Positions 27,504 through 35,303 of a stretch of DNA of 64,000 nt are shown here, piece after piece. The DNA is from an uncultured Oscillospiraceae bacterium (lineage in GTDB: Bacteria; Bacillota; Clostridia; Oscillospirales; Oscillospiraceae). Within the stretch, counting starts at the first letter, position 1, and each line of letters opens with the position of its first letter. The DNA lies in contig CAJULZ010000001.1 of assembly GCA_910587205.1 (NCBI GenBank), positions 1,889 through 65,888 of the forward strand. Direction: 5' to 3'. Both the position numbers and the translations under genes were made by a program. A model generated the notes under the pieces. The model saw only the letters and a list, made by a program, of their open reading frames with translations. It ran no database searches and was not told where the DNA came from.

Positions 27504-27616
27504 AAAATAACAGAGGTAGAACGAAAAAACTCTAAAAATTTTTTTAAGCATCCTGCCGGATGTGCTCGGGCAGCAGCCCTGCCCTTGGGGTTTGTTAGAA
27601 AGGAGCGGTCCAAGAT

Positions 27617-30478
27617 ATGGCATCCATTACCAGTCTGAGCAACAGCAATTATAATACCAGCAGTATCTATGGCAGCCGGAATGTGCTCAGCGGCCTGGCC
27701 AGCGGCATGGATACCGAGTCCATGATCGAAAACGCGGTCTCCGGTATCAAGCTGAAGATCCAGAACCTGGTGAAGAAGCGCACTAAGGTGGAGTGGCAGC
27801 AGGAGGCTTACCGCAGCATTATCGACAAAGCGGTGAACCTGAACACGAAGTACACCTCTTACTCCTCCAAGACGAACCTGCTCAGCAGCAGCTTTTTCAA
27901 CAATGCGGTGAACACCATCACCGCCGGCGCCTACAAGGATAAGATTACCGCCAGCGGCAAGTCCTCCAGCGACATCAAAATTAACGCGGTGAAGCAGATG
28001 GCCAAGTCCGCCACCTACACCGTATCCGGTCTGGGCGGCAGCCGGTTCGGCGGCGAGATCCCGGGCATTGAGGCCGGGGAAGTCTTCGATATTTCCGGAA
28101 AAACGACGGTGAGCACCGTGTCCGGTTCGCTGACCTTCCAGTACGGCGGAGCCAACGGTACCACTTTCGACATCAGCTTCGACGAGCTGGAGAACTTGGA
28201 CGAGATAGAGGTCCTGGATGCCAACGGAAATGTGAAGAAAAACGCGTCTAACGCGGAAAAGCTTGCCCAGGCCATCAACAATAAGCTGGGCGAGATCAGC
28301 TATAACTACACCAAGAACGGTGTGAAGGAGACCACCACCGCCGATAAGGCCGTCAAGGTGACGGCGAATGCGGACGGCCGGATCGTCTTTTCAGATGGGT
28401 TGGGCAACGGCAATAAAGTTACCATCAGTTCCGCCGCAGGGGACATCAAGGACAAGTTTGGCCTCACGGAGAAAGAAAACGACGTGATCGCGGTGGGCAC
28501 GAGCGCCCTGACCAAGCAGATTGGCACCAAGGACTACCTGTCTGACAAGGAGCTGGGCATCACCTTCAACGGCACCACCAAGAAGATCAGCATGGCCGAC
28601 GTGTTTGATAGAATGAGCAGCTCTACTGTTGATGACAGCACGACCAGCAATTTGAAATTCCGCCTTGCCCTGCAGGATGAGCTGGATGACACTTTTGGCG
28701 AAGGCAAGATCACCGTGAGCAAAACGCAGGACGGTAAGCTGGCGTTCCAGACCGGCAAGGGTGACACCATGAGCCTGGGCGGCTCTGCCGTGAAAGCCCT
28801 GGGCTTTGAGAACGGCGACTCCAACTTCATTAACGCGAGCAAAAAGCTGTCCGACCTGCTGGGGGAGGACAATGCGCTGTTTACCAAGAACCGCATGCGG
28901 GGCGAGTTCCTCACCTATGACGCGAAGCCCATCGAAAAGACCAACGGAAGCGGTGAAACTTACTACGTTGATCACAAGGGCAACCGGGTGGATAAGGATG
29001 GCTACCGCGTTACCAACGAGGGCAAAGCCATCTATGACTTCCAGGTCAACGACGCCCATATCCAGGTCACCCAGGACACCACGCTGGAGAGCCTGATGAA
29101 CTCTATCAACTCCAACCCGGACGCGGGGATGAAGGTGAGCTACTCCAAGCTGACCAACGAGTTCAAGTTTACCACCACGGAAACCGGCGCCAACAGCAAA
29201 ATTGAATTTGGCGGGCTGGCAAAGGATCTGTTTGCCGCCCATGACCGCAGCGCCGACGATAACTTTTCCGAGATCTTCGGCCTTGGCATAGGGGCGGGCA
29301 GCAACGAGCGGTTTGCCTTCAGATTTGAGGCGGACAAGAACTTTACAGCCAGCTTTGCTATTAACGGCGACGACTCGATCCAGGATGTCATCGATAAGAT
29401 GAACAGCTCGACTTCGTTCAAGAATGAAGGGATGACCGCTTCCTTCGATGAGCTCGCGGGCAAGCTTGTGATAACCGACAACAAGACCGGGAAGGCACTG
29501 GACTACAGACTGCTCAGCGGCGATGGAGACCTCAGTGATTTCAACACTATGGAATACGATGTGCCTGACTATGGAGTCTCCTACACCGCCGGCCAGGACG
29601 CCGTCATGGATGTGGAAATCAACGGCAAGCGGTTTGAGAATCTTACCCGCGCCAGCAACAGCTTTGAGATCGACGGGCTGACCATCAACGTGAAGGGCGA
29701 GTTTGAGACCAAGGAAGGCGAGGAGGCCGTCACCTTCGAGACGAGCACCGATTCGGACAAGATTGTGGATGCCATCAAGAGCTTCGTAGAGGACTACAAC
29801 GAGATGGTCACGGAGATCAAAAACGCCTATTCCACCCAGCCGGCAACAAAATCCGACAAGTCCCGTTACGAGCCCCTCACCGCCGAGGAGGAGGAGCAGT
29901 ACTCTGAGAGCGAGCGGAAAGCCTACGAGGAGAAAGCCAAGCAGGGCATTTTGTTCGGCGACTCCACTTTGTCTAGCATGTACAGTAAGCTGCTCAGCGC
30001 CATCGCCCCCGGCGGGGCGGACGGGCAGACCCTCCGGGAGATCGGGCTGACCACTTCCTATAACGGCGGGCTGACCACCTTGAGCCTAGACGAGGATAAG
30101 CTGCGCAGCACGCTGGAGAGCGATCCGGACAAGGTGAAAAACGCCTTTACCAAGACCCGGGAGGGCGGCGCTTCCAGCGACGGGCTGATGCAGACCATGC
30201 AGAATACCCTGAACACCTACGTCAAGACCACTGGTGAACCCAAGGGCGTGCTGATTACCCGGGCGGGGTCCGTGAAGGCACCCACCTCCCTGAATAGCAA
30301 CAGCCTGAAAAGCCAGATCGACAGCATCGACAACCAAATTGACCGTTGGCAGGACAAGATGGCCAGCCAGATTGACCGGTATACCACCCAGTTCAGCCGT
30401 CTGGAGCAGCTGATTGCTCAGATGAATTCCCAGGCGTCCGCCATGGCTGGGCTGATGGGCGGAAGCGGCGGCTATTAA
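27617..30478 (+). CDS. fliD: Flagellar filament cap protein FliD (unusually large, 953 aa)
   Basis: SGLASGMDTESMI...WQQEAYR N-terminus. C-terminal AGQDA...FVEDYN...AKQGIL.GDS...Y..QFS.LE..I.QMNSQ. Confidence 0.93.
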   Translation: MASITSLSNSNYNTSSIYGSRNVLSGLASGMDTESMIENAVSGIKLKIQNLVKKRTKVEWQQEAYRSIIDKAVNLNTKYTSYSSKTNLLSSSFFNNAVNTITAGAYKDKITASGKSSSDIKINAVKQMAKSATYTVSGLGGSRFGGEIPGIEAGEVFDISGKTTVSTVSGSLTFQYGGANGTTFDISFDELENLDEIEVLDANGNVKKNASNAEKLAQAINNKLGEISYNYTKNGVKETTTADKAVKVTANADGRIVFSDGLGNGNKVTISSAAGDIKDKFGLTEKENDVIAVGTSALTKQIGTKDYLSDKELGITFNGTTKKISMADVFDRMSSSTVDDSTTSNLKFRLALQDELDDTFGEGKITVSKTQDGKLAFQTGKGDTMSLGGSAVKALGFENGDSNFINASKKLSDLLGEDNALFTKNRMRGEFLTYDAKPIEKTNGSGETYYVDHKGNRVDKDGYRVTNEGKAIYDFQVNDAHIQVTQDTTLESLMNSINSNPDAGMKVSYSKLTNEFKFTTTETGANSKIEFGGLAKDLFAAHDRSADDNFSEIFGLGIGAGSNERFAFRFEADKNFTASFAINGDDSIQDVIDKMNSSTSFKNEGMTASFDELAGKLVITDNKTGKALDYRLLSGDGDLSDFNTMEYDVPDYGVSYTAGQDAVMDVEINGKRFENLTRASNSFEIDGLTINVKGEFETKEGEEAVTFETSTDSDKIVDAIKSFVEDYNEMVTEIKNAYSTQPATKSDKSRYEPLTAEEEEQYSESERKAYEEKAKQGILFGDSTLSSMYSKLLSAIAPGGADGQTLREIGLTTSYNGGLTTLSLDEDKLRSTLESDPDKVKNAFTKTREGGASSDGLMQTMQNTLNTYVKTTGEPKGVLITRAGSVKAPTSLNSNSLKSQIDSIDNQIDRWQDKMASQIDRYTTQFSRLEQLIAQMNSQASAMAGLMGGSGGY

Positions 30479-30498
30479 CCAAGTAAAAGGAGTCAGAA

Positions 30499-30906
30499 AT
30501 GGATATCAAAGGCTTCCAGGGGTACCAGGGCTACAAGGAGCAGGGTATCAATGAGATGTCCCAGGGGGAACTGCTGCTGTTGCTGTATGACGAGCTGGTT
30601 AAGCGCCTGCTCAGGGCAGGGCTGGCCCTGGAGAAAGCGGACTACGCCCTCTTTGAGGCGAGTGTGGACCGGAGTCTGGATATCATCCGTTACCTGGACG
30701 ACACGCTGGATATGCAGTATCCCATCAGCCGCAGTCTGAACCGGCTGTACGACTACTTTGGGTTTGAGCTCAGCCGGGTGAAGGCGGGGCGGAACAAAAC
30801 TGAACTGGAACGGGTCAAGTCCATGGCAGGCGAGTTGAGGGATACCTTCCGCGAGGCGCAGAAGACCAGTGAGCGGGAGGCGGCAGCCGCCGGGGATAAA
30901 GTATGA
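30499..30906 (+). CDS. fliS: Flagellin chaperone FliS
   Basis: Y....I..MS.GELLLLLYD, II..L..TLD..Y.IS..L..LYDY motifs. Follows fliD. Confidence 0.9.
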   Translation: MDIKGFQGYQGYKEQGINEMSQGELLLLLYDELVKRLLRAGLALEKADYALFEASVDRSLDIIRYLDDTLDMQYPISRSLNRLYDYFGFELSRVKAGRNKTELERVKSMAGELRDTFREAQKTSEREAAAAGDKV

Positions 30907-31301
30907 CAGAAAAAGTAGTGATGGACGCCCTGGTCCAGATGAAGCGGACGGGGAATCTGCTCAACGAACTGGAGGACCTGACCCAGCAGCTTGCCCAGGC
31001 CATTGACCGGAATGACCAAGTGAGCGCCCAGATGCTCATCGCCATGCGGGAGGAGCCGCTGGGCAAACTCCAGGCAGCCGACAAGGCCCTGCGGGAGCAG
31101 TTGGAGGCGATGGATGACCGGGAGGAGGCCGCGCAACTGGCGGCCATGCTCAATGGGGGAGCGCCGCCGAAGGCAGGGGAGCAGATGGAGCAGATGCTAT
31201 GTAGCCAGGTGGCTTCAAACTGCCGCCGGCTGAAGCAGATTCAGGAGCTGGATCGGGTTCTGAATCAGCGGCTGGCCCGGGAGCAGTCTGCCTATCAATG
31301 A
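30903..31301 (+). CDS. Small helical protein in the FliT position (FliT/FlgN-like chaperone candidate)
   Basis: 132 aa, predicted all-helical, overlaps the fliS stop (ATGA). The function call rests on position only. Confidence 0.55.
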   Translation: MTEKVVMDALVQMKRTGNLLNELEDLTQQLAQAIDRNDQVSAQMLIAMREEPLGKLQAADKALREQLEAMDDREEAAQLAAMLNGGAPPKAGEQMEQMLCSQVASNCRRLKQIQELDRVLNQRLAREQSAYQ

Positions 31302-31313
31302 TAACGGTCGAAC

Positions 31314-31350
31314 AAAAAATATCGGCCCGGTGTCCCACCGGGCCGATATT
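31314..31350. terminator. Intrinsic terminator between convergent genes
   Basis: Perfect 15-bp stem AATATCGGCCCGGTG-TCC-CACCGGGCCGATATT with an A6 run on the left, which is the U-tract for the - strand. Confidence 0.8.
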
Positions 31351-31373
31351 CCCTGAGAAAAGGGCTGGGGTGG

Positions 31374-32333
31374 CTATGGATTGGGCATTGATAGAATCCA
31401 CAGCGGGGCACCGTTGTCGCGGGCGGAAGAGAGCTCATCCAGGATAATCTGGGGGTCCCAGGTCATGAGGCTGCGTTCCGGGCTGTTGGGGTCGGCCACC
31501 AGGACCTCTCCCGAGAGAGTGGCGCCGCGGATCAGGATGAAATGTCCGCCGTTGGTGAAATGGCCGGGGCCCACCAGGGCCACCAGCATATTGCCATCCC
31601 ATAGGGCGCGGCGCATATCCTGGGCGTCCCGGGAGGGGAAGGCTTCCGCCGTAATCCCAAAGCCTTGGGAGGTGCCGATTACAATGGAGTGGTAAGAGCC
31701 GCTTCGCCTGGCCCAGTAACCGTGCTCAACCGCCCAGGCCGCCATAGCGGCGGGGTCGGTGTCGGTGTCGGTCATACTGGCGACGGCCATGGCCATCACG
31801 GTGGGACCGCAGCCGTAGGGGCCGATGGTGTCGGTGCCGTAAGGCTGGTCGGCCCAGTCTTCTCCAGCCTGGTAGAAGTAAGTAACGTCCCGGGCGCCGC
31901 CGGTGAGGATCTGCTGGCCGTCCACCTCCAGCATCTCGGTGACGGGGGGCTGATAGGGTGGATCAAAGACCGGCTGGGAGGCGGTGGCATCCGGCAGCGG
32001 GTCATCCTCCGCCGGTGGAGGCTCCTTGGGGGTGGTAAGCGCCTCCCAGAACTGCGAAGCCTGGTCTGAGGCGTAGTCCACAGCCTGGCGGGAGAGCTGG
32101 GAAACCTGCTCACCTGCATCCCGGCAGAACTGCCCGGCAGCGCGCAGTCCGGAGCGGAAGACATCTGCCGCCGCTGTTGTCCCCTGATAGATGGGGTCAG
32201 CAATCCGGTGGTAAATATCGGGGGCGAAGTAGCTGCAGGCAATGAGCTCGACGATACCGATACATAGCGCTGCCAGCAGGGCCAGCAGCAGGAGATTCCG
32301 TTTGAAATGCCTGGGCGCACCGCTTTTTTTCAT
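31374..32333 (-). CDS. Membrane-anchored C39-like (papain-fold) cysteine peptidase
   Basis: N-terminal hydrophobic segment (LIAC may be a lipobox). Catalytic pattern YFYQ...GCGPT..AM, GHFT..GHFI, ADPNS. Confidence 0.85.
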   Translation of the reverse strand: MKKSGAPRHFKRNLLLLALLAALCIGIVELIACSYFAPDIYHRIADPIYQGTTAAADVFRSGLRAAGQFCRDAGEQVSQLSRQAVDYASDQASQFWEALTTPKEPPPAEDDPLPDATASQPVFDPPYQPPVTEMLEVDGQQILTGGARDVTYFYQAGEDWADQPYGTDTIGPYGCGPTVMAMAVASMTDTDTDPAAMAAWAVEHGYWARRSGSYHSIVIGTSQGFGITAEAFPSRDAQDMRRALWDGNMLVALVGPGHFTNGGHFILIRGATLSGEVLVADPNSPERSLMTWDPQIILDELSSARDNGAPLWILSMPNP

Positions 32334-32496
32334 CTGATCACCTCCCACCAATTGTTTTCAAGGGCGTCCGCTTGCGGCCAGATTGCCAAATTCCAGGCCG
32401 GATGGAAAAAGGACATTAAAATAGGCACCGCGGCCCCGTGTAGATGGTATGATATCGTTGTAGCCTTGGGGCGGCCTTTCCTGTCGCCTTGTGGAT

Positions 32497-32524
32497 ATTA
32501 TAGCAGAAATCCTGCCGTTTTCAA
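32497..32524 (-). promoter_or_regulatory. Putative sigma-A promoter for the C39 peptidase gene
   Basis: On the - strand: TTGAAA-N16-TATAAT with an extended -10 (TGCTATAAT). Confidence 0.6.
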
Positions 32525-32571
32525 TGGCAAGAATATGGCCCGCGGAGTTCCGCGCGGCGCGGGGGGAGCCT

Positions 32572-33327
32572 ATGCCCACCATTGAACTGGAAAATGTCTC
32601 AAAATTTTATAAACCTAAGCGCCGGAGACGGGGCTTGGTGCACGTGGATATGGGTGTGGAGGATGTAGACCTGACCATCCGGCAGGGGGAGTTTGTCTTT
32701 GTGGTAGGCAGCAGCGGTGCGGGGAAAAGCACTCTGCTGCGCCTTATCACCGGGCAGACGAAGCCGAACCGGGGCAAGGTTTACGTGGATGGCAAAGATC
32801 TGCACTGGATGCTGAAGCTCAGCCGGAACCGGGCAGCCGTGATGTTCGGGAAGATCTGGCAGGATCCCACCCTGATCCGGAAAAAGACGGTGGAGGAGAA
32901 CCTGGCCCTGGCGGCTAAAATTGCCATCGGCAAGGAGAGCCCCAGGCTGGTGGATATCCGCATTAAAAAAGTGCTGGGCTTGGTAGGAATGAAGGGTGTG
33001 GAGAAAAAATATCCCGTGGAGCTTTCCATCGGGGAGTGCCGCCGGGTGGAATTGGCCCGGGCCCTCATCGGCAGCCCGCCTGTTCTGGTGCTGGACGAGA
33101 TCACCGCGAATTTGGACGATGACTGCATCTGGGACACCCTGCACCTGCTCAATGATATCAACAAAAAGGGCACCACCGTGATCATGGCGACCCATGACAG
33201 CCAGTATGTGAACATACTCCGCCGCCGGGTAATCAGCATGACCAACGGACGGATTATCACCGATGTGCAAAAAGGAAAATACGGCGATGTGCTGGAACGA
33301 GAGCAGCAGCCCCCGTTTAAGCGCTAA
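32572..33327 (+). CDS. FtsE-like ABC ATP-binding protein (orphan, altered signature motif)
   Basis: GEFVFVVGSSGAGKST, LSIGECRRVELARAL, LDEITANLD, GTTVIMATHD and the FtsE-like C-terminus GRII.D..KG.Y. No ftsX nearby. Confidence 0.85.
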   Translation: MPTIELENVSKFYKPKRRRRGLVHVDMGVEDVDLTIRQGEFVFVVGSSGAGKSTLLRLITGQTKPNRGKVYVDGKDLHWMLKLSRNRAAVMFGKIWQDPTLIRKKTVEENLALAAKIAIGKESPRLVDIRIKKVLGLVGMKGVEKKYPVELSIGECRRVELARALIGSPPVLVLDEITANLDDDCIWDTLHLLNDINKKGTTVIMATHDSQYVNILRRRVISMTNGRIITDVQKGKYGDVLEREQQPPFKR

Positions 33328-33377
33328 GCCGATTGATATAAAAAGCATCAGTACAATACTTTAGGAGGAAAGAGTCC

Positions 33378-35168
33378 ATGATCAAAAACATGAAGATCAA
33401 GAAAAGCCTGATCCTGGGGTTCGGGGTCACCATCGCTATCTCGGTGATCATTATCGTGGCGTCCCTGATTCTGATGAGGATGCAGAAGAACGAGTATACC
33501 AGGATCCTCGAGCACCATGTTGAGTCCAACCAACTGACGAATCAGTGCCGCATCAATTATAACGTGGCGGGCCGCCGTCTGCGCGACGCGGTGCTCTCCG
33601 GGGATATGACGAGCCTCCAGGCCGCCGAGGAAAAGATAGACGAGCTGCCCAGCCTGATTGCTGAGTTGGAGAAGGTCTATCCCCTGAGCAACAAGACTGA
33701 GTTAAATAACTTTGTCAGTGTGGTCGAGAATTGGATGGTGACCGCCAAAGAGATCGCCAACGTGGCCCGTACCGACCGCAACGCGGCCAGCCAGATGATC
33801 GTGGACGACTGTACTCCCGAGCTGGATCAAGCGGCCAATGCCGGTCAGGCGATGGCAGCTGTGCTGGAGAAGGAGGAGGATGATATTATCGCCAAGCAAG
33901 AGCTCACCTCCAATATCGCCATGATTATCATCGTAGTTACCATGGTCGTCGCCACCGTCATTGTCCTGCGGATGGCCCTGATTATCATCAAGAGTATCGT
34001 GGTACCCGCCGAGGAGGTCCACGTGGCCCTCACCGGCTTCAGCGAGGGTAAGCTGGACATCCCTGTGAAGTACCATAGCACCAGTGAACTGGGCGAGATG
34101 TGCGACGCTCTGCGCACCAGCCAGAACGTGTTGGGCGAGGTCATCAGCGACACCTGCCGCCTGCTGGAGGAGATGGGTAACGGCAACTTCGATGTGCGTT
34201 CCAAGGATGCCAACATGTATGTGGGTTCCCTGAACAGCATTCTGATCTCTGTGCGGACGATCAACCGCAGCCTGAGCGACGCGCTGAGCCAGATCAACCA
34301 GAGCGCCGAGCAGGTCTCCGCCGGCGCCGAGCAGGTGTCTACCGGCGCTCAGTCCCTGGCTCAGGGCGCCACCGAGCAGGCCAGCGCCGTGGAGGAGCTG
34401 TCCGCTACCATCGCCGAGATCGCCAATAACTCCCGCAAGAATGCCGAGAACAGTGAGAAGGCTGCCGCCCACTCCCAGGATGCCGGTCAGTGCCTGAACG
34501 AGAGCTCTGAGTACATGCATCAGATGGTGTCCGCCATGGAAAAGATTTCTGAGTCCTCTGCCGAGATTGGCAAGATTATTGCCACCATTGAGAATATCGC
34601 GTTCCAGACCAACATCCTGGCCCTGAACGCCGCTGTGGAGGCTGCCCGGGCCGGTTCCGCCGGTAAGGGCTTCGCCGTGGTGGCCGACGAAGTGCGCAAC
34701 CTGTCCGCCAAGTCCGATGAGGCTGCCAAGGCCACCAAGGAGCTCATCGACCGCTCCATTGTGTCCGTCAAAGAAGGTAGCGAGATCGTCCAGAAGGTGT
34801 CCGCAGCTCTCCAGGCCACCAATGAGCGTGCCGGCCTTGTAGTTGCGTCTGTGCAGGAGATCACGAAGGCCGCCGAGGAGGAGTCCGAGGCCATTGCCCA
34901 GGTGACTGAGGGCATCGACCAGATCAGTTCCGTGGTGCAGACCAACTCTGCCACCAGCGAGGAGTCCGCCGCCGCCAGCGAAGAGCTGTCCAGCCAGGCT
35001 GCCCTGATGAAGGAGTTGCTGGCCCGGTTCAAGCTGCGTCAGGATGGTTACACCCCCAAACCCCAGCCTGCTTATAGCACCGCGTCTGCCGCCCCGTCCT
35101 ATGAGGAGAGCTATGACGCCGCGCCCAGCCGCGACAGCTCCGCTGCCAGCGTGTTCAGCAAGTACTAA
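33378..35168 (+). CDS. Methyl-accepting chemotaxis protein (two TM, helical sensor, HAMP, 36H-type signalling domain)
   Basis: [34 protein letters not shown] tip, EQASAVEE methylation sites, C-terminal linker ending VFSKY. Confidence 0.96.
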   Translation: MIKNMKIKKSLILGFGVTIAISVIIIVASLILMRMQKNEYTRILEHHVESNQLTNQCRINYNVAGRRLRDAVLSGDMTSLQAAEEKIDELPSLIAELEKVYPLSNKTELNNFVSVVENWMVTAKEIANVARTDRNAASQMIVDDCTPELDQAANAGQAMAAVLEKEEDDIIAKQELTSNIAMIIIVVTMVVATVIVLRMALIIIKSIVVPAEEVHVALTGFSEGKLDIPVKYHSTSELGEMCDALRTSQNVLGEVISDTCRLLEEMGNGNFDVRSKDANMYVGSLNSILISVRTINRSLSDALSQINQSAEQVSAGAEQVSTGAQSLAQGATEQASAVEELSATIAEIANNSRKNAENSEKAAAHSQDAGQCLNESSEYMHQMVSAMEKISESSAEIGKIIATIENIAFQTNILALNAAVEAARAGSAGKGFAVVADEVRNLSAKSDEAAKATKELIDRSIVSVKEGSEIVQKVSAALQATNERAGLVVASVQEITKAAEEESEAIAQVTEGIDQISSVVQTNSATSEESAAASEELSSQAALMKELLARFKLRQDGYTPKPQPAYSTASAAPSYEESYDAAPSRDSSAASVFSKY

Positions 35169-35181
35169 GAATAGGAAAGTT

Positions 35182-35220
35182 GCCAGGAGGCGGCAACGTG
35201 CCGCCTCCTGGTGTCTTTTT
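35182..35220 (+). terminator. Intrinsic terminator after the MCP gene
   Basis: CCAGGAGGCGGCA-ACG-TGCCGCCTCCTGG followed by TGTCTTTTT. Confidence 0.8.
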
Positions 35221-35303
35221 GCCAGGCAGGACCGCCTCTGGGCGGTGTTGCCTTGAACGCTTTTTCCCGGATAAAAGACCATAGCAAGAGAGGAGCGGAC
35301 CCT

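Noticed and set aside
27504..27616. c-di-GMP riboswitch in the fliD leader or other spacers (53472-53598, 3890-3980)
   Set aside because: I found no GEMM-I or class II consensus by eye. An Rfam scan would be needed to exclude it fully.
31319..31349. Two outward-facing GCCGATAT sigma-28 -10 boxes
   Set aside because: They are the two arms of a terminator palindrome, and neither has a TAAA-like -35 at the right spacing.
33316..33345. Possible sigma-28 promoter for the MCP (GCCGATTG)
   Set aside because: The TTAA is only 7 nt upstream and there is no -35 at 15-16 nt spacing, so I cannot support it.
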